Shown here: positions 29,187 through 37,995 of the stretch, one piece after another
How the letters are laid out: every line of letters begins with the position of its first letter
Numbering within the stretch: position 1 is the first letter of the stretch
DNA from: Candidatus Pacearchaeota archaeon
GTDB taxonomy: Archaea > Nanobdellota > Nanobdellia > Pacearchaeales > GW2011-AR1
NCBI GenBank assembly: GCA_023136775.1
Contig: JAGLQO010000013.1
Coordinates: 1 to 53,286, forward strand
Direction: 5' to 3'
DNA: 53,286 nt
Notes under the pieces: model-generated
What the model saw: the letters and a program-made list of their open reading frames with translations, nothing else
The model's database searches: none
What the model was told of the DNA's origin: nothing
Translations under genes and position numbers: made by a program

Positions 29187-30377
29187 TTAAGGACCCAGGC
29201 TAAAAATAGAATATTCCTTTATCTTTGCCAACTCTCGAACCTCTTCTAAAGTTACAGCATTAATATTTTTCTCATAATCATAATAATCCTCAGCCTTCCC
29301 GGAAATTTCTTCCATCACTAAACTCACTGCCGTGTCATTAGAACCCTCCGACTCAACATTTCGATTTCCAATAACTTGAACTTTAGCAGTAGCTAATTCT
29401 TTATTAGTAACTTGCGACATCTTAGAAAATTCCTCCAAAGAAATATCAATAACCTGGGATTTTTTTTCAGGATCAGTCCCTGCCCAAATTATCATATATC
29501 CATATTTTTTACCTAAATCCAAATCAGTCTTAACTCCGTAAACAAGTCCCCGCTTTTCTCGAACCTCACTAAACAATTTAGAAGACATCCCCTGCCCAAG
29601 AATAGTAGAAAAAATTTCAGCAGCATATCTTTCTTTATCTGACGAACATGGAAAATGAAATCCAATTGCCAAATTAGTTTGATGGATACCTTCTCGCTGC
29701 TCTTGACTCTTAGCTATTTTTTTTACAACCTCGGGAATTTCTGCACCAACACTTCCTTGTTCAATATTCATGGATTCAGCAATCTTTACAACTTCATCAA
29801 ACTCATTATTCCCAACAACACATAAAATAGAATTACTAGGAACATACATTCTCTTATGTTTTTCAAAAAGTATTTCTCTATTCATCCCTCGAACATTCTC
29901 TTGAGACCCAGCAATAAAATCACCAAACGGACTCTCATACAAATTACTCTTAATGTTCTCAATCGTATGCATATGTGGATTATCTCTATACATTTTAATC
30001 TCCTCGCAAATAACACTAGCTTCTTTCTTAACTTCTTCTTCTGGAAAAGTAGCATTAAAAAAAATATCAAAAATAACATCCATAGCTATATTCAAATGCT
30101 CAGACGGCAACTTAACATGATAAGCAGTAACCTCCTCATGAGTAAACGCATTCAAATCTCCGCCAACCTTTTCAACTTCATCAACAATTTCCTTAACAGT
30201 TCTTTTAGAAGTTCCCTTAAAACATAAATGCTCCATAAAATGAGCCATTCCCTTTTCTTCCTGACTTTCATACGCCGCCCCATATTTAGCCGCAAGCATA
30301 ACTGTAGTAACTGGAACATCTCTCTTCTCAAACAAAACAGTCAACCCATTTTTCAAAACTTTTTTCTTAAATTCCAT
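29187..30377 (-). CDS. M16 family zinc peptidase (pitrilysin/insulinase-like)
   Basis: HFMEH (HxxEH), LNAFT, SKLFSEVREKRGLVY. Confidence 0.92.
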   Translation of the reverse strand: MEFKKKVLKNGLTVLFEKRDVPVTTVMLAAKYGAAYESQEEKGMAHFMEHLCFKGTSKRTVKEIVDEVEKVGGDLNAFTHEEVTAYHVKLPSEHLNIAMDVIFDIFFNATFPEEEVKKEASVICEEIKMYRDNPHMHTIENIKSNLYESPFGDFIAGSQENVRGMNREILFEKHKRMYVPSNSILCVVGNNEFDEVVKIAESMNIEQGSVGAEIPEVVKKIAKSQEQREGIHQTNLAIGFHFPCSSDKERYAAEIFSTILGQGMSSKLFSEVREKRGLVYGVKTDLDLGKKYGYMIIWAGTDPEKKSQVIDISLEEFSKMSQVTNKELATAKVQVIGNRNVESEGSNDTAVSLVMEEISGKAEDYYDYEKNINAVTLEEVRELAKIKEYSIFSLGP

Positions 30378-30469
30378 ATTATCTTTTACACAATTGTCTT
30401 TTTAACCATTATGGAAATAAAATTATATATTCATAACTCAATGTTAACATTAGTCTATATATTAAATTT

Positions 30470-30535
30470 CCCCTTGTCTTAAATCCGTGAACACCGAAGG
30501 TGTCTGTGTAAATCCGTGAGCAAAATTGCCTTCCC
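30470..30535 (+). repeat. Family A repeat
   Basis: gtcttaaatccgtgaa-CACCGAAGGTG-tctgtgtaaatccgtgagcaaaattgccttcc, abutting the stop at 30535. Confidence 0.85.
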
Positions 30536-31299
30536 TATTTCTTAACCTTAACAACCAAAATTCTTTCACCATCTTTCTTAAAATCCTTCTTGACAGAAAA
30601 ATTCTCCTCAAGATAATCAACAATCCACTTTCGCTGAACAGTAAATTTCTTCCGACCACCGAGACTTTCCGTAGGCAAACTAACAACTATCCACTCACAT
30701 TCTTTAGAAATTTCAGTTATAAATTTCTTAGAAAAATCCCTTTCCAAATTTTCCAAAGCATCCACAACCTGAAACAAAAACACACATCTATCTTTATTTT
30801 GCCGTTTCAAAACATCCACAATTTTTTCAAACTCAAATAAATCCATACATTCAGCCCTAGCTAAAAACATCTTTTCTTCAAAATACTTATTCATGCCGTC
30901 TACCAATTGACCAGCAGCCTCAATCCCTACATAATCAACACTTCCAAGTTCTTCTTTTATCTTACCATAAGAAAATCCATTCGCTCCACAACCAAGATCA
31001 ATAACAGAATGAATCCCCTTTATATCTTTGGGGCCACCAGAGTCATCCCTTGGGGAAAAAATTTCCTTATAAAATTCTTCATAATTTCTCTTCTTGCTAG
31101 ACATATGATTTTCAAGCATTTCTTTTTCATCCCCCTTAGCCTTCAAAACCTTATTTGTCAAAAAAACTCCAAAATATTTTCTAAGTAAAGCCCGAGCCCC
31201 CTTAACCTCTCCGCCACTTTTCTGAACAGCCCTTTGCACAATAGAATCAGGCAAACCACTAAGTTCTCTTTTTTTCTTAACCTCTTTTATCAAACTCAT
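30535..31299 (-). CDS. SAM-dependent methyltransferase, FmrO/ArmA/Rmt (16S rRNA m7G1405) family-like
   Basis: HMSSKKR (cf. HxSTxER), DLGCGAN (cf. DxxCGxNP), VVSLPTESLGGRK (cf. VVSFPTxSLGGR). Confidence 0.7.
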   Translation of the reverse strand: MSLIKEVKKKRELSGLPDSIVQRAVQKSGGEVKGARALLRKYFGVFLTNKVLKAKGDEKEMLENHMSSKKRNYEEFYKEIFSPRDDSGGPKDIKGIHSVIDLGCGANGFSYGKIKEELGSVDYVGIEAAGQLVDGMNKYFEEKMFLARAECMDLFEFEKIVDVLKRQNKDRCVFLFQVVDALENLERDFSKKFITEISKECEWIVVSLPTESLGGRKKFTVQRKWIVDYLEENFSVKKDFKKDGERILVVKVKK

Positions 31300-31355
31300 A
31301 GCTATACAATTCACTCAAAGTTTAAAACAATTTCGAAACTTATATCTTCTAAAAC

Positions 31356-31403
31356 TTCCATAAGAAATAGTAGCGTCCGCAGATGCTACGATTTCTTATG
31401 GAA
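31356..31403. repeat. Hairpin family C (TCCATRAGAAAT...ATTTCTYATGGA)
   Basis: ttccataagaaat-a-gtagcgtc-cgca-gatgctac-g-atttcttatggaa; relatives at 48998-49054 and 6068-6167. Confidence 0.75.
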
Positions 31404-31511
31404 TAAATAATCTACATTCCTAAAAATAAAATAACAAACACTCCCCAAAACGGAAATTTCTCCTTCGTTGATTCGTAGCTGGGCGCGTCAAATGACCACC
31501 AGAAAAAAATA

Positions 31512-33395
31512 TCAACTGAACCATATTTTCAAAATACCACGAATCTTCTCTATCCTTTTTATCAACATCTCAACTTCCTTAATCTCTCGAGGAACTACTA
31601 CCAAAAAACATTCCGCATAATCCTTATCAATCATTTTAATATTAGCTTCCTTTATAACAAAACCACCTCGAGAAACAGTATTTAAAATGTCTGATAAAAT
31701 CCCAGACCTCTCATTCACTTTCAACTTAATTTTAATTGGACGATTAAATGTCTCCTTCCAATTTACATGTATCTGAGATTTTGTTGAATGATCAATTCTA
31801 TTACAATTCTTTTTATGAACAAGAATTTTCCTATAAGATTTTATCACCCCTACAATCTCATCAAGTGGAAGTGGATTACAACATCTTGCCAAATTATATT
31901 TATGATTCGGAAACTCTTCACTTATCACTAAATCTTCAAAATCTAATTTTCGATCCTTAACAGTCGGAAATAATCTTACAACCTTTACATCCTCATATCT
32001 CTTAACACCTTTCTTAATATGAGATTTTGCCCTAGAAGTAACTACAAATTTTAACCAAGCTCTTCTCGGTCTTTGAAATTTATTCGTAACAATTTCGACA
32101 ACATCTCCCGATGTCAATTCTTTTTTTAACGATGAGAAATTTCCGTTAATCCTCCCCCCAGTTGCCAAGTCCCCAACCTTACCATGAATCCTATATGCAA
32201 AATCCAGAATTGTAGAATTCTTAGGAAAATCAAAAACATCACCCTTCGGAGTATAACAATAAATTCTATCCTCAAATAAATTCAACTTCAAAGATTCTAA
32301 AAAATCTTTATCCTCTCCACCCTTCTGTAATTCAAAAATTTCTTTCAACCATGCAGTCTTTTTTTCAAAACCAATATCTGTCTTTAGTTTTTTATAAGAC
32401 CAATGAGCAGCCACTCCTTCTTCCGCAACCTCATCCATCTCAACAGTTCTTATCTGAACCTCCAAAATCTTACTATCCAAAAGTTCCAAACAAGTATGAA
32501 TTGATTGATAGCCATTTTCTTTTGGACAAGAAATATAATCTTTCAAAGTACCTGGAATAACTTTATAATTCTCATGCAAAACACCAAGACAATCATAACA
32601 ACTCTTTTCATTTTCCACAATAATCCTAATCGCCAAATGATCCCTTTGCGTCTCCAGCGGCTTTTTCAAATCTTTCATCTTTTTATAAATACTATAAATC
32701 TGCTTTTGACGACCCTTAATTTTCACGGACTTGCCTTTCAAAAAATTCTCAAATTCTTTTATTATTTTTTCTAAATACAATTGCCTCTCCTCATAAGTTT
32801 CTTTCAAAAAATTCTCAATCTCTCTATACTTTCGAGGATTAATAACCCTAAAAGAAACCTGAATAATTTTCTGTTTTAATTTCTCAGCCCCAAGTCGACC
32901 AGCCAACGGAGCATAAAACTCCACAGCGTCTTCAGCCAATCTCTTCTGCTCTTTTTCCGCAAAAGATTCCATGGTCTCTAAATTAACAAGTTTAGAAGCA
33001 AGCCGAACGAAAACAACTCGAATATCATAAAGCGTTGTAAAAAATATTTGACGCATCAAATCCGCCGAAGCTGATTTTGACTTCTCTTTTATTTCTTTTA
33101 ATTTTAATTGTTCAAAAACCAAATTAACAACTTCTCCATCAAAAAATTCCTTCAAATTTTCTTTAGAAATTTTATTTTCAAGACCATACAAAAATCCAGC
33201 AACAACAACGCTTCTTGACATCTTAGATTCAATCAAATATTTAGCAATTTTCAAATTATAAAAATAAACTGATTCCCCATTCAATCTTTTTTCAGAAAAC
33301 AAATATTTCTTAGAAAAATCCAAAGCATGCTTAAAACTATTAATATCTTCCTTTGAATAATTTTTCTCCTTACATAATAACTCTAAATTTTCCAT
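31512..33395 (-). CDS. relA: Long RelA/SpoT homolog: degenerate HD + synthetase + TGS + Cys/ZFD + ACT
   Basis: GRQKQIYSIYKKM, KDYISCPKENGYQSIHT, EVQIRT, AEEGVAAHWSYK; TGS (YTPKGD...LDFAYRIH); LARCCNP; ACT (ERSGILSDI). Confidence 0.88.
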   Translation of the reverse strand: MENLELLCKEKNYSKEDINSFKHALDFSKKYLFSEKRLNGESVYFYNLKIAKYLIESKMSRSVVVAGFLYGLENKISKENLKEFFDGEVVNLVFEQLKLKEIKEKSKSASADLMRQIFFTTLYDIRVVFVRLASKLVNLETMESFAEKEQKRLAEDAVEFYAPLAGRLGAEKLKQKIIQVSFRVINPRKYREIENFLKETYEERQLYLEKIIKEFENFLKGKSVKIKGRQKQIYSIYKKMKDLKKPLETQRDHLAIRIIVENEKSCYDCLGVLHENYKVIPGTLKDYISCPKENGYQSIHTCLELLDSKILEVQIRTVEMDEVAEEGVAAHWSYKKLKTDIGFEKKTAWLKEIFELQKGGEDKDFLESLKLNLFEDRIYCYTPKGDVFDFPKNSTILDFAYRIHGKVGDLATGGRINGNFSSLKKELTSGDVVEIVTNKFQRPRRAWLKFVVTSRAKSHIKKGVKRYEDVKVVRLFPTVKDRKLDFEDLVISEEFPNHKYNLARCCNPLPLDEIVGVIKSYRKILVHKKNCNRIDHSTKSQIHVNWKETFNRPIKIKLKVNERSGILSDILNTVSRGGFVIKEANIKMIDKDYAECFLVVVPREIKEVEMLIKRIEKIRGILKIWFS

Positions 33396-33429
33396 ATTGA
33401 TTAAAATTAAAAATAATTTCTCCTGTTAT

Positions 33430-33957
33430 TTACAAGTTAATGAAATTTAAAATCATTTCCCTATTCCGAACTTCGGGATGAAAAAGCGTTCCATAAATTT
33501 GCTTCTCCTTATGCTTAACAGCTTGAGCAACTTTACCTTCAGAAAAAACCTCAAAATCATCATTGAATTTAACATAATTATTATGCAAATGATAAACCTC
33601 TAAATCTCCCTCAAGCTCCAAAAATTCCTTATCAAAGTTTTCATGAAAATATCCAATCTCCAAATTCTTCTTTAATCCACCACCAAAGACAAGTCCAATT
33701 AATTGAAACCCTGCACAAATACCAAGCAATGGTTTCTCAAAATTCTTTATCCAATTAAACTTTTCAACATCTTCCAAAAAAGAATTATCTTTCAAACTAG
33801 TACCACAAATAATTACCTTATCACATCCATCAAAATCCTCTTCAGTTAACTCCAAATAATACTTAGTAAAAAAATCCCCCTCCAAAATATCCTCAATAGG
33901 TTTTACAAATTCTAAATAATGAAGTTTTTCTTTACATAGATTAATAATTAAAATCAT
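33430..33957 (-). CDS. Class I glutamine amidotransferase (GuaA/TrpG-like, stand-alone)
   Basis: PLLGICAGFQ nucleophile motif and FHPE triad motif. Confidence 0.88.
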   Translation of the reverse strand: MILIINLCKEKLHYLEFVKPIEDILEGDFFTKYYLELTEEDFDGCDKVIICGTSLKDNSFLEDVEKFNWIKNFEKPLLGICAGFQLIGLVFGGGLKKNLEIGYFHENFDKEFLELEGDLEVYHLHNNYVKFNDDFEVFSEGKVAQAVKHKEKQIYGTLFHPEVRNREMILNFINL

Positions 33958-34139
33958 GAATTAAGACCTCCATCTTGAAAAGAACAAGCACGAAAGAATC
34001 GTGCAACAATGTATTCTTCCCGTAACCCCCGTCCTGTTAGCTCTCCGAAAGAGTGCCTGTTACCTCGCGGGATACGCGCGGGTTTTACAAATTCTAAATA
34101 ATGAAGTTTTTCTTTACATAGATTAATAATTAAAATCAT
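33899..34139. mobile_element. 123-bp structured insert flanked by identical 59-bp direct repeats of the GATase 5' end (33899-33957 / 34081-34139)
   Basis: Exact duplication encoding MILIINLCKEKLHYLEFVKP; insert contains a family D repeat; creates a 61-aa chimeric ORF at 33954-34139. Confidence 0.7.
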
Positions 34140-34675
34140 AACACTACCTCCTCAAGTTTTTCACGAATAACTTTAATTAATTTTTTATGGACTTCAGTTA
34201 ATTCTCTTTTTTCCTCAACCACTTTCAAAATTTCTTCAGTTTCTTTTTTATATTTTTTAGCAAATTTAATATCCATCGTAATTAAATCACTAACATTATC
34301 AAGCCTATCTGCAAGCTTAATCACAAGTGCCCAATTTCCAAGAGCATTCTCACTTGAAAGTTTATGTGCCAAATATGCTGTTTTGCCCACTTTCGAACAA
34401 GAAAATTTATCCGTCGTCAACTCAACAACCAACAAAGCAACTAAGTAACCAAAATTCTCACTCAACTCATAAACTCCCGTATCTGTCTCCTCTAATGTAT
34501 CATGCAAATAAGCAGCCGCAACTAAATCATCAATCTTATGACTTTTCTTAAATTTTGAAACAATATCAGCAACTCGTATAGGATGATTAACATAAGGACT
34601 TCCATCTTTTCTAGTCTGTCCTTTATGTTTTTTTATCGCAAACTCTTTCGCCCTAATTATCAAATCACTTTCCAT
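34136..34675 (-). CDS. Stand-alone HD-domain small alarmone hydrolase (Mesh1/SAH-like)
   Basis: HKGQTRKDGSPYVNHP, AAYLHDTLEET, IKLADRLDN. Confidence 0.88.
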   Translation of the reverse strand: MESDLIIRAKEFAIKKHKGQTRKDGSPYVNHPIRVADIVSKFKKSHKIDDLVAAAYLHDTLEETDTGVYELSENFGYLVALLVVELTTDKFSCSKVGKTAYLAHKLSSENALGNWALVIKLADRLDNVSDLITMDIKFAKKYKKETEEILKVVEEKRELTEVHKKLIKVIREKLEEVVL

Positions 34676-35342
34676 TCTTTAAATTTAATTCCCTCCTCCA
34701 AGAATGCCCCTCTCCAAAATCTTCGAAACTCTTTACTTTCAATCCAGATTTAAACAAAGGACAATTTATTGTAAAACTTTCAAACTCTCCACCCTCACCA
34801 GCTGGATTAATCTTATATTTATTCCACAAAACTTCCATTTCTTCAATAAATTTTTTATCAATTTTTCGTCCTAAAAAATTTTCATCTAAAGGATAAGCCA
34901 TAACTCCAACAACAATTATTTCAAACTTCTCATCAATTAAAGTTTGCAAAATATCAAATTGCCCTCGCTGCCAAAGCGGATTAAAACACTCAATATTTAA
35001 TTTATTACAAATTTTTTGAACCCTAGTGGCCTGATAAACAGACTCAACAGCCCCCGTAACAACCCCTTCAATTTTATATTTCTTCATAGCTTCCAAAATA
35101 GCCCTCTCCAAGTCTTCCAACTCTTTTTCCTTTTCCCCTTCAGTCTCAACAACAATCAAAGGCAAATCCATTTTCTCTGCCTGCTCTTTAACTCTAGAAA
35201 TCGAAGGCGTATGAAACATAAAACTTTCCTTATTTTTAGAATCAATTGTAATCAAACAAGAAATCTCATATCCATCTTTTTTAGCAAGCCAAGCTGCTAA
35301 GGCAGAATCCTTTCCCCCACTAAACAAAACTCCTAACTTCAT
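34665..35342 (-). CDS. Diphthine-ammonia ligase (Dph6/DUF71) family PP-loop ATPase
   Basis: LFSGGKDS, SFMFH, PLWQ, PAGEGGEFES. Confidence 0.88.
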   Translation of the reverse strand: MKLGVLFSGGKDSALAAWLAKKDGYEISCLITIDSKNKESFMFHTPSISRVKEQAEKMDLPLIVVETEGEKEKELEDLERAILEAMKKYKIEGVVTGAVESVYQATRVQKICNKLNIECFNPLWQRGQFDILQTLIDEKFEIIVVGVMAYPLDENFLGRKIDKKFIEEMEVLWNKYKINPAGEGGEFESFTINCPLFKSGLKVKSFEDFGEGHSWRRELNLKNGK

Positions 35343-35412
35343 AAAACAATAACACAATTTCGATTTAACAATCTTTTGACTAAAAATTAATTAAAAATAT
35401 TTATCATAATCC

Positions 35413-35754
35413 TTACTGTTTTATTAGCTTAGGTTTTTTCCATCTAACATCCGGACCAGCAGCCAATTTATACAAAAAATAAATTACAATCAATAAAACC
35501 AAAAATCCAAACCCAAGTGCTAAATAAAATTCCTTCGTATACTTAGTAATAGCTATACCCTTATCCCTACTTCCATATACTACAGCATCTTCATTAGAAG
35601 CATCTTCCGAAACACCTTCTTCTGTTACAACCTCCTCCGAAGTTCCTTCATCAGTATTAATATCACCAAATCCAGCCTCTACAAAAGCACCCAAAAAAAG
35701 GAACAAAAACACGAATAACCCCATCAATACCTTTTTCATAGACTTCATAAACAT
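35413..35754 (-). CDS. Small exported protein with acidic linker and C-terminal TM anchor
   Basis: Signal peptide, E-rich segment, TM helix, basic tail. Confidence 0.65.
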   Translation of the reverse strand: MFMKSMKKVLMGLFVFLFLFLGAFVEAGFGDINTDEGTSEEVVTEEGVSEDASNEDAVVYGSRDKGIAITKYTKEFYLALGFGFLVLLIVIYFLYKLAAGPDVRWKKPKLIKQ

Positions 35755-35855
35755 TTTTTATTTAAAAAATGTTCCATAACAAAAACCTAAAAAATAAAAA
35801 TTTTTAAAAAAAATTATCTTCCAATCTTTACTAAAAACATCAACACTCTAAAAAT

Positions 35856-35980
35856 CCCTGCCTTGAATCCGTGGGTATCCGTGTAAATCCGTGGATAAAA
35901 TTGCCTTCTTTTCCCTGCCTTGAATCCGTGGGTACCGAAGGTATCCGTGTAATCCGTGAGCTAAAAATTCGTCTTCCCTC
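35856..35980 (+). repeat. Two tandem family A repeats
   Basis: ccctgccttgaatccgtgggta occurs twice; second copy carries TACCGAAGGTA, first lacks it. Confidence 0.85.
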
Positions 35981-36062
35981 CCCTCCTCAAATCCACTAAC
36001 CTAAAAATCCACTAACAAAAATCAGCCAAAATCTTATTAAATTAACTTCAACTAATAATTTT

Positions 36063-36977
36063 ATGGCATCTACTAATCAATCACCATTCTATCAAAGAGC
36101 AGAACAAGAATACCACGAAGCAACCACCGACGAAGAAAGAATCGCATGTTTAGAAATAATGATGAAAGAAGTTCCAAAACACAAATCTTCTGAAAATATG
36201 CGGAAAAATTTAACTAACCGTTATAAAAAATTAAAACAAAATGTTGTCAAGCAAAAAAAATCCGGAAGAGGAGGAGCTGCAGGAATTAAAAAAGCTGACA
36301 TGCAAGTAGTCTTAACGGGATTCACAAATACAGGTAAATCAACGTTATTTTATACTCTAACAAATATGAACGCAAGAATTTCCGAGCACCAATTCACAAC
36401 ATTTAAACCACAACTCGGAACCTTCATGTTCGAAGACGCACAAATCCAAATAGTAGACATCCCATCTTTACCAAAACACGATAAATCCCTAATCAATTCC
36501 ACAGATACTCTACTCTTAGTTATAGATAACATAAACCAAATAGAAAAAGCAGAAAAATATATTTACAGAACAAAAGCAAAAATAATTTTAGTTTTCAACA
36601 AAGAAGATATACTATCTATAAATGAAAAACGAAAAATTGAAGCAACTCTAAAATCAAAATACAAAAATTATGATTATATTTTCTTTTCAGCCTCCCCAAC
36701 AAAAACAAAATTAAAAGAATTAACAAAAAAAATATTTGAAACTTTTCCAATAATTAGAATCTACACAAAAGAACCAAAAAAACCAGCGAGCAAAGACCCC
36801 ATGATTCTAAAAACTGGATCAACATTCAAAGAAGCCACAGAGAAAATCCTAAAGGGAATGTCTAAAAAAATCAAACAAGCAAAAGTTTGGGGACCCTCAA
36901 GCAAATTTGGCGGACAAGTAATAGGACTAGACCATATCTTAAAAGATAAAGATATAATAGAATTTAGAACTAAATGA
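36063..36977 (+). CDS. OBG/DRG-family GTPase with C-terminal TGS domain
   Basis: PKHKSSE N-term, GFTNTGKST, FTT, NKED, WGPSSKFGGQVIGLDHILKDKDIIE. Confidence 0.85.
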   Translation: MASTNQSPFYQRAEQEYHEATTDEERIACLEIMMKEVPKHKSSENMRKNLTNRYKKLKQNVVKQKKSGRGGAAGIKKADMQVVLTGFTNTGKSTLFYTLTNMNARISEHQFTTFKPQLGTFMFEDAQIQIVDIPSLPKHDKSLINSTDTLLLVIDNINQIEKAEKYIYRTKAKIILVFNKEDILSINEKRKIEATLKSKYKNYDYIFFSASPTKTKLKELTKKIFETFPIIRIYTKEPKKPASKDPMILKTGSTFKEATEKILKGMSKKIKQAKVWGPSSKFGGQVIGLDHILKDKDIIEFRTK

Positions 36978-37252
36978 ACTCCAAAAAAAAATATTTTATC
37001 CTAACACTTCTAGGAATTTTAACATTAATGCTCCTCGGAAATTTCAAAGAATCTCAAACAGGAACTATTCAAGAAATTAAAACCTCAGCAAAAAAAACAA
37101 CGATTCTTTTACAAGAAAACGACATAGAACTAATCATCTTTAATTCAAATATCAACTTACAAAAAGGAAACATAATAAAATTCTATGGAAAACAAGACAC
37201 CTACAAAAACAAAGAACAAATAATAATAGACAAAATATGGAAAACCAAATAA
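36974..37252 (+). CDS. Small membrane-anchored OB-fold-like protein
   Basis: N-terminal TM; GTIQEI...LQKGNIIKFYGK...YKNKEQIIIDKI pattern. Confidence 0.6.
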   Translation: MNSKKKYFILTLLGILTLMLLGNFKESQTGTIQEIKTSAKKTTILLQENDIELIIFNSNINLQKGNIIKFYGKQDTYKNKEQIIIDKIWKTK

Positions 37253-37271
37253 AACCACCTACAAAATCATT

Positions 37272-37439
37272 GCCTCCAATCAGTGAGAATCCGTGTTAAT
37301 CCGTGGATAAATTTGTATTCTTGACTTGAATCCGTGAACGCGATAGCGTCCGTGTGAATCCGTGAGCCAAATTGTCTTCCTTCCCCTGTCTTGAATCCAC
37401 ATAATCAAAAAAATCCGTGGCTAAAATTGTATTCTTGCC
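37272..37439 (+). repeat. Cluster of three family A repeats between convergent genes
   Basis: aatccgtgttaatccgtgg; ttgaatccgtga-ACGCGATAGCGT-ccgtgtgaatccgtgagcc; aatccgtggctaaaattg. Confidence 0.85.
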
Positions 37440-37994
37440 TCACCTTTTAAAATATTGAAACTTCAAAAACAATTTAACCGTTTTCGTATAATACCATACC
37501 ACCAAAGCTATCAAAGATGCAATAAACCCAATAAGAAAAGATAACAAAACCAAATTTAACACATTCTTAACTAAAGACAACAAAACATTTACCGACAATA
37601 AAACCCCAATCATCAAAGGAATTAACGCAGAAGAAATCACTGACGCCAACACAACACTAAGAGAAACTTTTTTCGTAACAATTTTGAAAAAGAAAAACAT
37701 AAGCTCGAAAACAGCAGCAAATAAAACTAAAGTAATTAATTTATTAAAACCAGTAATTCCCAAATCTCCAAAACCAAATGTTAACAATGCAAAAACAAAT
37801 GAAAACAAAATTGCAAACCCAGATTTTGAAACAATGCAAAATGAAACAGATAATAAAAGAACAAACAAAAACAACGAAACAATATAAGACATCTGAAAAT
37901 CCAAAAAGGCAGAAGACAAAAAACTAAAAATAGCACAAATAGCCGAGGCTATCAAAACCAAAACAAAATCACGAATCTTAACTTTATTCTTCAT
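37440..37994 (-). CDS. Multi-pass membrane protein
   Basis: Six hydrophobic segments; 1 nt from the upstream stop. Confidence 0.7.
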   Translation of the reverse strand: MKNKVKIRDFVLVLIASAICAIFSFLSSAFLDFQMSYIVSLFLFVLLLSVSFCIVSKSGFAILFSFVFALLTFGFGDLGITGFNKLITLVLFAAVFELMFFFFKIVTKKVSLSVVLASVISSALIPLMIGVLLSVNVLLSLVKNVLNLVLLSFLIGFIASLIALVVWYYTKTVKLFLKFQYFKR

Positions 37995-37995
37995 C

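Noticed and set aside
31440-31511. GC-richer patch as a tRNA (also 17960-18015 and 49100-49190)
   Set aside because: No cloverleaf with T-loop and acceptor stem could be built by eye
33954-34139. 61-aa ORF as an independent protein family
   Set aside because: It is the duplicated GATase start fused to repeat-derived sequence
31512-34675. toxSAS toxin-antitoxin pair
   Set aside because: The synthetase is a long multidomain RSH with TGS/ACT regulation, not a small alarmone synthetase; cannot be fully excluded without assays
35856-37439. Clustered ATCCGTG repeats as a CRISPR array
   Set aside because: Copies are degenerate, dispersed and lack regular unique spacers; no cas genes in the window
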